A DNA stretch of 62,601 nucleotides from an uncultured Actinomycetes bacterium (GTDB taxonomy: Bacteria; Actinomycetota; Thermoleophilia; UBA2241), in assembly GCA_963767005.1 (NCBI GenBank), contig CAVYCN010000016.1, positions 1 through 62,601 on the forward strand, given 5' to 3'. A program made the position numbers and the translations under genes. How positions within the stretch are numbered: position 1 is the stretch's first letter; every line of letters starts with the position of its first letter. Shown one piece after another: positions 9,159 to 18,268 of this stretch. The notes beneath the pieces are model-generated. The model saw only the letters and a program-made list of their open reading frames with translations, did no database searches and was not told where the DNA came from.

Positions 9159-9539
9159 TCAGGGGACCGCGAAGTCGCCGCTCGAGAGATGACCCACCAG
9201 GGTGAAGCTGTCGCTGGCCGGCTGGTAGGTGTAGTCACCCACGGCCGTGCTGTCCTGCATCGGCCTGTTCGCGAAGGGGTTCTGCGGCCAGTTGTCGACG
9301 TAGGCGCCGATCGTGTCCTGATCGACGGCCGCCGGCATGCCGTCGTTGCTGTCGGCCGCGTAGCTTTCGACCCCCACTTGCAGGCGGTGGATGCTCTCCT
9401 TCACCCCGGCGTCTTTAGCCTTGCTGCGCTGGCCCAGATACGTCGGCACGGCGATGGTGGTCAGGATGCCGATGATGATGAGAACGAACAGCAGCTCGAT
9501 CAGCGTGAAGCCGTGCTGCCCCCTGCGAAACCCCTTCAT
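9159..9539 (-). CDS. Type IV pilin / T2SS pseudopilin
   Basis: Prepilin cleavage and N-methylation motif G|FTLIELL. GGAG RBS before ATG 9539. Confidence 0.9.
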   Translation of the reverse strand: MKGFRRGQHGFTLIELLFVLIIIGILTTIAVPTYLGQRSKAKDAGVKESIHRLQVGVESYAADSNDGMPAAVDQDTIGAYVDNWPQNPFANRPMQDSTAVGDYTYQPASDSFTLVGHLSSGDFAVP

Positions 9540-9789
9540 GTGTCTCCCCCTCCCCTGGTTGGCGAGAGCGCCGCGTCGCCGGGCCGCCACACGCGAGGGA
9601 CCAGCCCGGCGACCACGCGCGCCTCGCCTTTCACGGTAAAGGCGGATCCGCGCTTTTCCAGAGGCGGGGACCAAGAAGTGTTGTCACGCGTGGCGGTCCG
9701 CTTGGTGCCGCGGTGCCGGTGGTTGCCTAGCGGGGCACGTTCGGAAGAGAATCCTTGACGCCTCAAGTCCGCGACTCCGGGGAGCTCCC

Positions 9790-11070
9790 ATGCCGTACGC
9801 ACAGGATTTCGAGAAGGCCCTCCAGATCGGCCGTCCGCCCAACATCCAGACCCTGTTCCCGAACTCCAGGGCGCTGCTCGTCAGCGGCAAGGCCATCGAC
9901 CGGGCCATGCGCGCCAAGGGCAAGGCCATCGCGATCGCCGCCAACGCCCGCAACAGCTTCGTGGTGCGCGGCGCGCTGCGCGCCGCGCAGCGCGCGAACG
10001 CCGCGCTCATCATCGAGATCGCCAAGTCCGAGGGCGGCCAGAAGGCCTACTGCGCCGTGAACTACTGGAACATGGCGCGCGTCGTCGACGCCCTCTGCAA
10101 CGAGATGGGCATCACCGTCCCCGTCGCCATCCACGCCGACCACTACGGCATCAAGGACGGCAAGGACCTGGCGCAGGCCCTGGTCGAGGTGCCGACCATG
10201 TTCGAGGCGGGCATCACGTCGATCGCGATCGACGCGTCGCACCAGCCCAACGACCAGAACCTGCTCGCCAACCTCGCGGTGAACCCGCGCATCCCCGCCT
10301 GGGCCGGGCTCGAGACCGAGGTCGGCGAGATCAAGGGCGCGTCCGGCCTGTCCACCGCCGACGAGGCGCTCTTCCTCATCAAAGGCCTGAACGCGCACGG
10401 CATCTTCGCCGACTGGATCGCCCTGAACAACGGCACGACCCACGGCATCGAGGCCTCCAGCGCCGGCATCCAGGTCGAGCTCACCGCCGAGATCCACAAG
10501 GCCCTCACCCCCTACGAGGTGAGCGGCGCCCAGCACGGCACCTCGGGCAACAGCTCCGAGCGCCTGCGTGAGATCGCGGCCCGCACCCACACCACCAAGG
10601 CCAACGTGGCGACGGCGCTGCAGATGATCTCGTGGGGCCTCGAGGTCAACGACTACGGCAACGCCCAGCTCGACGCCGACGGCAACTTCATCAAGGTGCC
10701 GGGCGAGGGCGTGACCGAGGAGATGTGGGCTCAGGTGGTCGCCTACGCCGACGAGCGCGGCTGGAAGAAGGGCGACTACAAGAACCTGAACCTGCCGTTC
10801 GAGAGCAGGTTCCTGGCGCAGCCCGCCGAGATCCGCGAGCGCATGGCCGGGCGGGTCGAGGACTTCGTCTACGGCATGATGACGACCGTGCTGAACGGCC
10901 AGGACACCGCGGCGCTCGCCGTCGAGGCGATCCTCGCCGCGGGCTCCTTCGACCTCAAGCCGAAGGCCGCGCGGATCGAGGACCCGGCGCAGTGGACCGA
11001 GGCGAAGATCGTCGAGCGCGCCAAGTCACTCGACACCGAAAAGGGCGCCAAGGGCAACTTCGACGATTAG
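9790..11070 (+). CDS. fba: Class II fructose-bisphosphate aldolase
   Basis: HADH, IDASH, ETEVGEI, GTTHG, QHGTSG and KANVAT motifs. Confidence 0.9.
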   Translation: MPYAQDFEKALQIGRPPNIQTLFPNSRALLVSGKAIDRAMRAKGKAIAIAANARNSFVVRGALRAAQRANAALIIEIAKSEGGQKAYCAVNYWNMARVVDALCNEMGITVPVAIHADHYGIKDGKDLAQALVEVPTMFEAGITSIAIDASHQPNDQNLLANLAVNPRIPAWAGLETEVGEIKGASGLSTADEALFLIKGLNAHGIFADWIALNNGTTHGIEASSAGIQVELTAEIHKALTPYEVSGAQHGTSGNSSERLREIAARTHTTKANVATALQMISWGLEVNDYGNAQLDADGNFIKVPGEGVTEEMWAQVVAYADERGWKKGDYKNLNLPFESRFLAQPAEIRERMAGRVEDFVYGMMTTVLNGQDTAALAVEAILAAGSFDLKPKAARIEDPAQWTEAKIVERAKSLDTEKGAKGNFDD

Positions 11071-11112
11071 GGCCGGGCGCGCAGCGAAGCGACGCCGGCG
11101 TCGCCGGGGCGT

Positions 11113-11821
11113 CTACGACGCGACGGTCGCGCCGTTGCCGGCGCCGCGCACCAGGTGCAGCACGATCTCGACCGTGCCGCGGCAGGTGAAGCCGGCCGGC
11201 ACGGGCACGTGCCAGCGCGCAAAGGCGATCGGCACACGGGCGCGCACCGTGAAGGCGCCGCCGCTGCGCACGCACGATAGGGTGAGCGTGAGCGGCAGGT
11301 AATGACCCTGCAGGATCAGCCTGCCGACCGCCGGATAGCCGGCCGCGCTCGCGCCGGCCGAGCCGTCGGCCGACTTCAGCGTGACCGGCCTGGTGAGCAC
11401 GAAGCGGGCGGTCGGGTAGCTCTGCGCGCCGATCGCGGCGCGCTCCCGCTGGGTGCCGGAGTAGCCCGTCATGTCCACGGTCAGCGCGCAGCGGGTGACG
11501 CTGCCGTGGGCGACGGTCACCGCGCCCCACACCTTGGGCGTGCGAGCCTGCACGGTGGTGCGCAGGCCGAACGCGGTCACGGCGACGCGATAGCCCACGG
11601 TCGAGGCGGGACCGATGTGCCAGGTGCCGTCGAGCGGCGTGGCGACGCTCGCCGTGGTCGAGCTCGAACCACTCGGCTGGGGCGCCGGCTGTGGTCGCGG
11701 CAGCCGGCGTCGACGCGGGCGTGCCGCCGCGGTCCTTGAAGACGAAGACGCCTGCGACGGCCGCGACCGCGAGCGCGGCGACCAGAAGCAGGAGCAGCTG
11801 TCCTCTGCGCAGTCGTGCCAC
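11113..11821 (-). pseudogene. YceI-like lipid-binding protein, frameshifted near 11680
   Basis: RBS, GTG and signal anchor lie in one frame. The YceI domain (LDGTWHIG..STVGYRV...YPTARF) lies in another frame. Confidence 0.7.
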
Positions 11822-11980
11822 CGTCGCCTCCTTGCCCGCATTGACCCAGACACTCGGTACCAGGCGCGCGACGAAGTCGCGTCGGCCTGAACGACGTCGA
11901 CGACGTCGACCGCCGGTTCTATCGATCCATCGGGGCGAAAACTTGATACATGGAGGCGTCCGCCCGGGGGCGTCGAGAGC

Positions 11981-12086
11981 GTCAGCGCGGCACGGAGACC
12001 GGCCGCCAGGCACAGCGCGGGGTCAGCGCGGCACGGAGATCGGCCGCCAGGCACAGCGCGGGGTCAGCGCGGCACGTAGACCGGCC
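11981..12086. repeat. 41-bp tandem repeat, about 2.6 copies
   Basis: Units start at 11981, 12022 and 12063 (gtcagcgcggcacg...). The last unit overlaps the stop codon of the upstream gene. Confidence 0.9.
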
Positions 12087-13791
12087 ACCCGGGCGGGAAC
12101 GGCAGCCTGCCGGCCGGCCGATAGTGGGCGTGCAGCCAGGCGAACACCGGGGCCCAGGCGCGCGCCACCGCGGGGGTGACCGAGGTCCAGCCGCGGCCCA
12201 TCGACGCAAGCGACGGCACGGCGGTGCCCCAGGCCAGACCGTACGACGGCGAGGTGTCGAGGACGAGCGCGGGGCGATGCGTCTCGATCTCGCGCAGGAA
12301 CACGGGCACCTCGCGGGGAGCGTAGCCCGGAAAGTACAGAGCGAGCTGCATCACATAACGCGAGGGCGAGCGCCGGTCGGCGAGGAAGTTGACGGTCGCG
12401 TCGTAGCCGCCCCATACGAGGACGTAGGAGCCCGCTCGAGTGCGCGCGTCGACGAACGAGGCCTCGCGCCGGGCCTGCGGCCGCACCGCCTCCCAGCGGT
12501 GAGCGTGAACGACGCCGCCGGCCAGGTTGTGGAGCAACGCTTCGGCCGGCATGACAAGACCGCCGAGCGCGAGCGCGGCGAGCGCCGCCGTGGTGACCAC
12601 CGCGAGCCGCAGGGTCCGGCGGGCGGGGGCGCTGGCGGGGGCGGGCGGTCGGGGCGCGCTCGCGCGCGCCCCGACCGCCCGCCCCGCCAGCCCGTACAGG
12701 TCGACCAGCGCGAGGCCCAGCAGGAGCGTCGCCGGCAGGAGCCAGGGGAAGGCGTACTGCAGCCGCGAGTAGCCCGACGTCGCCGACAGCGCGATCTCGA
12801 CCGGCAACCAGACCACGGCGAGCAGCGCGAGCGTGTCGGTCACGCCGGCACGGCGCGCCGCGAACAAGCGGCGCGTCGTGAGCGCCCAGGCGACGGCGAC
12901 CGCGGCCGTGGCCGCGTAGCTGATACGGCTGGCGTCGAAGGCGAGGCTCGCCAGGCGATCGCCCAGCGTGTGGCCGCCGACGTACAGCACGTTGAAGCCG
13001 ATGTAGGCGGCACCGAAGGCCCCGACCGCCCCGACGAGCGCGAGGTACACGAGGACTGGGCCGATCACGAGCGCCGCGCCCGCCGCGGCGCCCGCCGCGG
13101 CCCGCCCGGCCACCCCACGCCGGCCCCGCGCGGTCGCGAGCCCGCAGATCGCGAGGGCGACCCACAGGCCGCAGTCGGTGGGTTTGAGCAGGAGGGCGCC
13201 GGCGCCGGCGGCACCGACCGCGACCCAGGTCGCGGTCGCACGCGCGGCGCCCGGTCGCCGGGCCAGGGCGAAGAGGGCGCAGCACTGGAGCACGACGCCG
13301 TACTCCTCCTCGTGGTCACCGCTGACGATGTGGGGGACGGCCAGCACGAAGAACAGGATCGCGAGGCCGGCCAGCAGCCAGCCGACCCGACGGCGCAGCA
13401 CGCGGAACAGCAGCACGGTGCTGGCCGCGAGCAGGCCGTACTCGAGCGCGAAGACGCCCCAGAACGAGCCGCCGCCCAGTATGAGCCCGACCGCGTTGGT
13501 CAGGTACAGCAGCGGGCCCTTGTTGTCGAACACGCCGCGGTACGGGGCGACGCCGTGAAGCAACTGTTGGCCGGCGTAGAGGTACACGCCGGCGTCGGTG
13601 CCGGGGGTGAAGCCGGTGATCGGGTCGAACAGGGCCAGCCACAGCACGCCCAGCGCCACCACCGCGAGGGCCGGCACGAGAACGCCGGCGAGACCCGCGC
13701 CCCGTGCCTGCTCGAACGGCAGGCCTGGTGCGACGCGCAGCCGCCCCGCGCGCTCGCGCGACAGATCGTCCAGTCCGACGCGGACCGCCAC
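12064..13791 (-). CDS. GT-C (ArnT/PMT-like, family 39) membrane glycosyltransferase
   Basis: TDAGVYLY..Q....GVAPYRGVFDNKGPLLY motif and multiple TM helices. Confidence 0.8.
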   Translation of the reverse strand: MAVRVGLDDLSRERAGRLRVAPGLPFEQARGAGLAGVLVPALAVVALGVLWLALFDPITGFTPGTDAGVYLYAGQQLLHGVAPYRGVFDNKGPLLYLTNAVGLILGGGSFWGVFALEYGLLAASTVLLFRVLRRRVGWLLAGLAILFFVLAVPHIVSGDHEEEYGVVLQCCALFALARRPGAARATATWVAVGAAGAGALLLKPTDCGLWVALAICGLATARGRRGVAGRAAAGAAAGAALVIGPVLVYLALVGAVGAFGAAYIGFNVLYVGGHTLGDRLASLAFDASRISYAATAAVAVAWALTTRRLFAARRAGVTDTLALLAVVWLPVEIALSATSGYSRLQYAFPWLLPATLLLGLALVDLYGLAGRAVGARASAPRPPAPASAPARRTLRLAVVTTAALAALALGGLVMPAEALLHNLAGGVVHAHRWEAVRPQARREASFVDARTRAGSYVLVWGGYDATVNFLADRRSPSRYVMQLALYFPGYAPREVPVFLREIETHRPALVLDTSPSYGLAWGTAVPSLASMGRGWTSVTPAVARAWAPVFAWLHAHYRPAGRLPFPPGWPVYVPR

Positions 13792-13901
13792 CGGCTTCCT
13801 CCTTCTCTTGTCGACACCTCCTTTACGAGCATCGTAGTCGACGAGTCAAGCGGGCCATCCTCATGCGCTTGCCACGAGATCCGGCTTCGTGTACAGTCAC
13901 C

Positions 13902-13917
13902 ATACCCCTCGGGGTAT
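13902..13917. promoter_or_regulatory. CsoR/RcnR-type operator 1 (ATACCCCTCGGGGTAT)
   Basis: ATAC-N8-GTAT palindrome with C/G tracts upstream of the FmdB gene. Confidence 0.7.
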
Positions 13918-13969
13918 TTGAGGCCGGGCCGGCTCCCAGCGAAGGAGCCGATCGAGAAGATGGAGGGAC

Positions 13970-14176
13970 ATGGCGCTCTACGATTTCGTCTGCGACCAGT
14001 GCGGCCACGCCTTCGAGGTGTTCGCCGTCGGCTTCATCAAGCCCGAGCAGCGCGAGTGTCCCGAGTGCGGCTCGCACGAGGTGCGGCAGAAGTTCTCGAG
14101 CTTCCTGCGCAGCACGACGGGCGCCGGCGGCGGCTGCGCCGCGCCGGCCGGCGGCCCCTTCACCTGAGGTTCCTGA
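13970..14176 (+). CDS. FmdB-family zinc-ribbon protein, probable selenoprotein (UGA 14165-14167, ending PFT-U-GS)
   Basis: YDFVCDQCG...CPECGS motif. In-frame UGA followed by GGT TCC TGA and a SECIS-like hairpin. Ends at 14167 if the UGA is a stop. Confidence 0.8.
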
Positions 14177-14182
14177 GCTCGG

Positions 14183-14200
14183 GCGGCGCGGTCGCGCCGC
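14183..14200 (+). promoter_or_regulatory. Putative bacterial SECIS element
   Basis: gcggcgc-GGTC-gcgccgc hairpin 15 nt after the UGA. Identical copy at 34617-34634. Confidence 0.7.
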
Positions 14201-14205
14201 AAGCT

Positions 14206-14237
14206 GCGACGAAGGCCCCATGCAGGGCCTTCGTCGT
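14206..14237 (+). terminator. Hairpin, possible terminator
   Basis: gacgaaggccc-catgca-gggccttcgtc stem. Confidence 0.45.
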
Positions 14238-14260
14238 CTCTGGTGCGAGGTCGCGAACAT

Positions 14261-14276
14261 ATACCCCTATGGGTAT
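14261..14276. promoter_or_regulatory. CsoR/RcnR-type operator 2 (ATACCCCTATGGGTAT)
   Basis: Same ATAC-N8-GTAT motif, overlapping a TATACT -10. Confidence 0.7.
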
Positions 14277-14315
14277 ACTTCCGCGGTCCGGCCAAACCGA
14301 CCGTGGAGTGTCGCC

Positions 14316-14522
14316 GTGATCGTCGTCGACGAACGTCTCTGCCCCCAGAACCACCCCTGCCCGGCGGCCTCGTCGTGCCCGCAGGGTGCCATCGTCCAGG
14401 ACGACGTCTTCTCGGCTCCCCGGATCGACCAGGAGCTCTGCACGGAGTGCGGCTTATGCACCCGAGCCTGTCGCGTGTTCTCGTTTGCGGCCGACGAGGT
14501 CACCGCCGGCTCGCCGTCGTGA
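14316..14522 (+). CDS. Small 4Fe-4S ferredoxin-like protein
   Basis: CPQNHPCPAASSCP and CTECGLCTRAC. GGAG RBS plus GTG. Confidence 0.85.
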   Translation: MIVVDERLCPQNHPCPAASSCPQGAIVQDDVFSAPRIDQELCTECGLCTRACRVFSFAADEVTAGSPS

Positions 14523-14541
14523 CGCGGCGGGTCCGTGCCCG

Positions 14542-15066
14542 TCAGGCTTCGTAGCCGGACCGGTACCGCTCGCAGAGGTCGACATAGATCTGCTTGAAGC
14601 CGCGCCAGGCGGCCTTGAAGTCGTCGTCGACGCGACGGTCGAGGATGCGCGCCGGCACGCCGGCGGCGATCGCCGCCGGCGGCACGACGGCGCGCTGCGG
14701 CACGACCGCCCCCTCGGCGACGACCGCCCAGCGGCCGATCTCGGCCCAGTCGCTCACCACGGACCCCATGCCGATGACCGCGTAGTCGTCGACACGAGCG
14801 GCGTTGTGGACGATCGCGCCGTGACCCAGGGTCACCCACGCGCCGATCGTGCAGGTCTCGCCGGGACGGGCGTGGACGACGCAGTTGTCCTCGATCGCGC
14901 AGCAGTCGCCGACGACGATGCGGCCGTAGTCACCGCGCAGCCGCGCGCCGGGGCCGATCCAGCAGCGCTCGCCGACCGTCACGTCGCCGAACACATCGGC
15001 CGACGGGTGGACCCACGTGCCGGCTCCCAGCCGGGGGCGCTTGCCCTCGAACGCGGCGACGCTCAC
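14542..15066 (-). CDS. Gamma carbonic anhydrase family (hexapeptide repeat) protein
   Basis: LRGD..RI.VG....IEDNCVVH...TLGHGAIVH. Confidence 0.9.
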   Translation of the reverse strand: MSVAAFEGKRPRLGAGTWVHPSADVFGDVTVGERCWIGPGARLRGDYGRIVVGDCCAIEDNCVVHARPGETCTIGAWVTLGHGAIVHNAARVDDYAVIGMGSVVSDWAEIGRWAVVAEGAVVPQRAVVPPAAIAAGVPARILDRRVDDDFKAAWRGFKQIYVDLCERYRSGYEA

Positions 15067-15097
15067 ACCCGACCGCCTGCGGACGCGGGCCGGTGCA

Positions 15098-15334
15098 TCA
15101 GCCCGAGATGCGCAGCGCGCGGTTGAGCCTGGCCTTGTCGAAGCCCACGACGGCGGTGCCGTTGACGTCGATCACCGGTACGCCCTGCTGGCCGGTCTTG
15201 CGGACCATCTCGGCGGCCGCCTGGGCATCGCGCGACACGTCGATCTCGCGGAACTTGACGCCGTTCTTCGTAAGGTAGTGCTTCGCCGCCGTGCAGTACC
15301 TGCAGGTCGGCGTCGAGTACACGGTGACCGCCAT
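15098..15334 (-). CDS. Glutaredoxin (YruB/NrdH-like)
   Basis: VTVYSTPTCRYC...GVPVI...VVGFD. AAGGAGG RBS. Confidence 0.9.
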   Translation of the reverse strand: MAVTVYSTPTCRYCTAAKHYLTKNGVKFREIDVSRDAQAAAEMVRKTGQQGVPVIDVNGTAVVGFDKARLNRALRISG

Positions 15335-15397
15335 GGCCGGAACCCTCCTTGTCGGGCGACGCACCCGTTCGCGGCGTCGCTGATTCGCGTCCAGTAT

Positions 15398-15413
15398 ATA
15401 CGCCCGGGGGTAT
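15398..15413. promoter_or_regulatory. CsoR/RcnR-type operator 3 (ATACGCCCGGGGGTAT)
   Basis: Third ATAC-N8-GTAT motif, upstream of the glutaredoxin. Confidence 0.65.
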
Positions 15414-15471
15414 ATTTCGGAACGTCGCCGGCGCCCGCGTGGGGCCCGGCCGCGGCCGTCACGCGATCGGC

Positions 15472-15960
15472 CTACCCGATCTGCAACGAGAACGTCGCTC
15501 GATCGGAGCCTGCAGGCGAGCCGAGCGTGACCGTCACCACCCAGCGGCCGCCCATGGTGAACTCGACGCCGCGCACGAGGTAGCGCCCCCGCCCCTGCGC
15601 TGTGACGCCATGGGCCGGCGCCGGCGCCATGCTCATCTGCGGCATGCCGATGCTGAAAGCCAGCCGGAGGTGATCGACCGCCTTGCCGGCGGGCGTCGTG
15701 ACCAGCACCGTCCAGGTCTGTGGCCGGCCGAGCGCGATGGAGCCGTGAGGCGGCGTGCAGGTCACGATGTAGCGCCCGTGACGGGAGGTGCCGGTGAGGT
15801 CGTGGATCACGGTCGTCTCGTGCGGCTTCGCCACCCCTCCGCAGCCGGCCGCCATCAGGGCGAGCACGACCAGGCCCGACGCGAGCACGACCAGGCGCGA
15901 CGAGAGCACGACATGACGGCGGCGTCTGCCAAGTGACGCCCTCGTGACCGGACCGCCCAA
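15472..15960 (-). CDS. FixH/YtkA-like lipoprotein (start uncertain)
   Basis: Lipobox AAGC. MPQM.M...G.GRY....F.MGGRW motif. Confidence 0.7.
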   Translation of the reverse strand: MGGPVTRASLGRRRRHVVLSSRLVVLASGLVVLALMAAGCGGVAKPHETTVIHDLTGTSRHGRYIVTCTPPHGSIALGRPQTWTVLVTTPAGKAVDHLRLAFSIGMPQMSMAPAPAHGVTAQGRGRYLVRGVEFTMGGRWVVTVTLGSPAGSDRATFSLQIG

Positions 15961-16013
15961 CTCGGCCTCCCTTCGAATCTCGACGCACCGCCGGCCGGGG
16001 TGCGATCGCTATA

Positions 16014-16727
16014 CTATCCGCAGGAAGACGTCGCAGCAGCCGGCCGCACCGTGCCGTCGGCCATGGTCAGGTGTCGCGTGCCGCGGCCGACGAGATCGGC
16101 GGCGTGCGTGACGAGCACGATGGTCGCGCCCGTCTCCTCGTGGACCCGCCCGAGCAGCTCCATGATCTCCGCCTCGGTCTGCTCGTCGAGGTTGCTGGTG
16201 GGTTCGTCGGCGAGCAACAGATGCGGCCGGTTGAGGAGCGCCCGCGCGATCACGACGCGCTGCTGCTGGCCGGCCGACAGGTGGCGCGGATGGCTACGTG
16301 CGGCGCCGTCCAATCCGACCAGCTCGAGCAGCTCCTCGGCGCGCTCGCTCGCCGCGGCGAGCTCGGCCGGCCCCAGCGCGAGCGGCAGCAGGACGTTCTG
16401 CAGGACCGTGAGCGATGGCAGCAGGCTGGGGAACTGGAAGACGAAGCCCATGTCGGTGTTGCGCAGCCGCGAGCGCCGCCGGTCCGAGAGGCGCCAGAGG
16501 TCGGTCCCTTCCAGGCGGACGACCCCCGCAGTCGGCCGGCTGAGCCCGGCGATCACGTTCAGCAGCGTCGTCTTGCCGGCCGCCGACCGCCCCGTGACGA
16601 CGACGAACTCGCCGACGGCCACCTCGAGGTCGACCTCGCGCAACGCGACCACGGGCAGGCTGCGCGACGCCTCGTAGACCTTGCTCACGCCGCGCAGCGA
16701 GACCATCGGCTGCCGGTCGTCGCTCAT
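16014..16727 (-). CDS. ABC transporter ATP-binding protein (LolD/MacB-like)
   Basis: GRSAAGKT, LSAGQQQR, LLADEPT. Confidence 0.9.
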   Translation of the reverse strand: MSDDRQPMVSLRGVSKVYEASRSLPVVALREVDLEVAVGEFVVVTGRSAAGKTTLLNVIAGLSRPTAGVVRLEGTDLWRLSDRRRSRLRNTDMGFVFQFPSLLPSLTVLQNVLLPLALGPAELAAASERAEELLELVGLDGAARSHPRHLSAGQQQRVVIARALLNRPHLLLADEPTSNLDEQTEAEIMELLGRVHEETGATIVLVTHAADLVGRGTRHLTMADGTVRPAAATSSCG

Positions 16728-17923
16728 TCCCGCATCGCCAGGGCCGGATCCTCGCCGCTCACGCGCAGCGCCGGCACGACCGCGGCGGCGGCAGTGGCGA
16801 GGAGCGCGAGACACAGGCCGGCTACGATCTGCGCGGTGAGGGCGCCTCCGCTCGGGTACACGAACGGGACCCCCAGCCGAGAGGCGATCAGCGTGTGGAA
16901 CAGGCCCACGCCGAAGCCGGCGACCGCCACGCCGGCGAGACCGCCGGCGCAGGCCATGACCAGGGCCTCGGCGAGCAGCGCCACGACGACGACACCGCGC
17001 GAGGCGCCCAGGGCGCGCAGCACGCCGAGCTCGCGTCGCCGTTCGTGGGCGGCCATCGACAGGAGCAGCACCATCACGACGAGAGCGAGCGCCAGCAGCA
17101 GCGCGAGGACCACGAGCATGACGTGCAAGAGGCCGGCGATCTGCGTGCGGTAGGCCGCGAACATCTGGGGCCGTACCATGGCGCTCACCCCGGGCACCGC
17201 CCGCGCGATCGCGCCGGCCACCTTGGTGGGGTCCGTCCCCGGCGTCACCTTGACCATGACCGACGACACGCGGTCCTTGGGGATGACGAGCGGCTTCACC
17301 GCCGTCGTGCGCGAGGAGCGCGCCATGGCGTAAGCGGTGGGCAGGGTGATGAACAGGCTGCGGTCGAGGTTGGTGCCGGTCGGCTCGAGCTTGCCGCGCA
17401 GCCACATGGTGTAGCCGTAGAGCATGACGTTGTAGTTGACCGGCGTGGTCACCTGGCTGCCGCCGACGGCCTGCTGCAGGCCGAGCCTGCCGCCGAGCTG
17501 CTGGCGCAGCCAGGGCTCGACTGTGAAGTCGGTGCGCGGGTCGAAGGCGACGATGAACATGTCGCTGACGGCGCAGCACGACGCGTGCGAGAGCGACTCC
17601 AGGTAGATCTGTGGCGAGGCGACCGCGACACCCCTGACCGCGGCGACGCGGGCCACGTCGGCCTGCGGCATCCAGCGGCGTGAGACGGTGCCCATGAGCA
17701 GGGCGCCGTCGACCTCGGTCGCGGCGCCGCGTGGCACGACGACGACATCGGCACCGAGCCGGGCGGCGGCCAGGTGCAGGCTGTCCTGTCCACCGCGCAC
17801 GAGGATCGCCGTCGAGACCGCGAAGGCGGCGATGGCGAAGGCGCAGATGGCGATCAGCCAGCTCCGCACCGGGTCGCCCGCGGCGTTGCGCAGCGCGAGG
17901 ACGGTCAGGCGGCCGATCTTCAC
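16724..17923 (-). CDS. ABC transporter permease (FtsX/MacB-like)
   Basis: ERRRELGVLRALGA motif. Periplasmic ASCC. Confidence 0.9.
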   Translation of the reverse strand: MKIGRLTVLALRNAAGDPVRSWLIAICAFAIAAFAVSTAILVRGGQDSLHLAAARLGADVVVVPRGAATEVDGALLMGTVSRRWMPQADVARVAAVRGVAVASPQIYLESLSHASCCAVSDMFIVAFDPRTDFTVEPWLRQQLGGRLGLQQAVGGSQVTTPVNYNVMLYGYTMWLRGKLEPTGTNLDRSLFITLPTAYAMARSSRTTAVKPLVIPKDRVSSVMVKVTPGTDPTKVAGAIARAVPGVSAMVRPQMFAAYRTQIAGLLHVMLVVLALLLALALVVMVLLLSMAAHERRRELGVLRALGASRGVVVVALLAEALVMACAGGLAGVAVAGFGVGLFHTLIASRLGVPFVYPSGGALTAQIVAGLCLALLATAAAAVVPALRVSGEDPALAMRE

Positions 17924-18205
17924 GGAACCGCCATCGGCGCGCGCGGCGCGACGATCGCGATCGTCACGAGCTTCATGTCGACCTGCCTGACGGGCTCACG
18001 ACCCCTCCCCCTCACCGCGGACCGGCGGCTCACACGGCACCCGCCTGCCACCGGCGGCTCACACGGCCACGCGTCGCTGCGCGCCCGACCGTCGGCACCC
18101 TACCCGAACCTTGCAGCCGGGACGAACGTTTGCGACTATGTCACCCCCGCTCGCCTAGCGTCGTCTCCAGCACCGCCCGCGGCACGAGCGCCGCCGCCAG
18201 TGGCC

Positions 18206-18253
18206 TTGACGGCCACTCTCGCATGGCGGTTATAATGAGCATATGCTAATAAT
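18206..18253 (+). promoter_or_regulatory. Sigma70 promoter (TTGACG-19-TATAAT) with overlapping AGCATATGCT palindrome
   Basis: Seen directly upstream of the DUF134 gene. Confidence 0.65.
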
Positions 18254-18268
18254 CACGCGAGCCTGACC

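Noticed and set aside
11981-12086. CRISPR array
   Set aside because: Contiguous tandem units with no unique spacers and no cas genes.
17940-18200. Riboswitch upstream of the ABC permease
   Set aside because: Only a short direct repeat (cggcggctcacacggc) and a partial GCAAAC. No convincing aptamer consensus.
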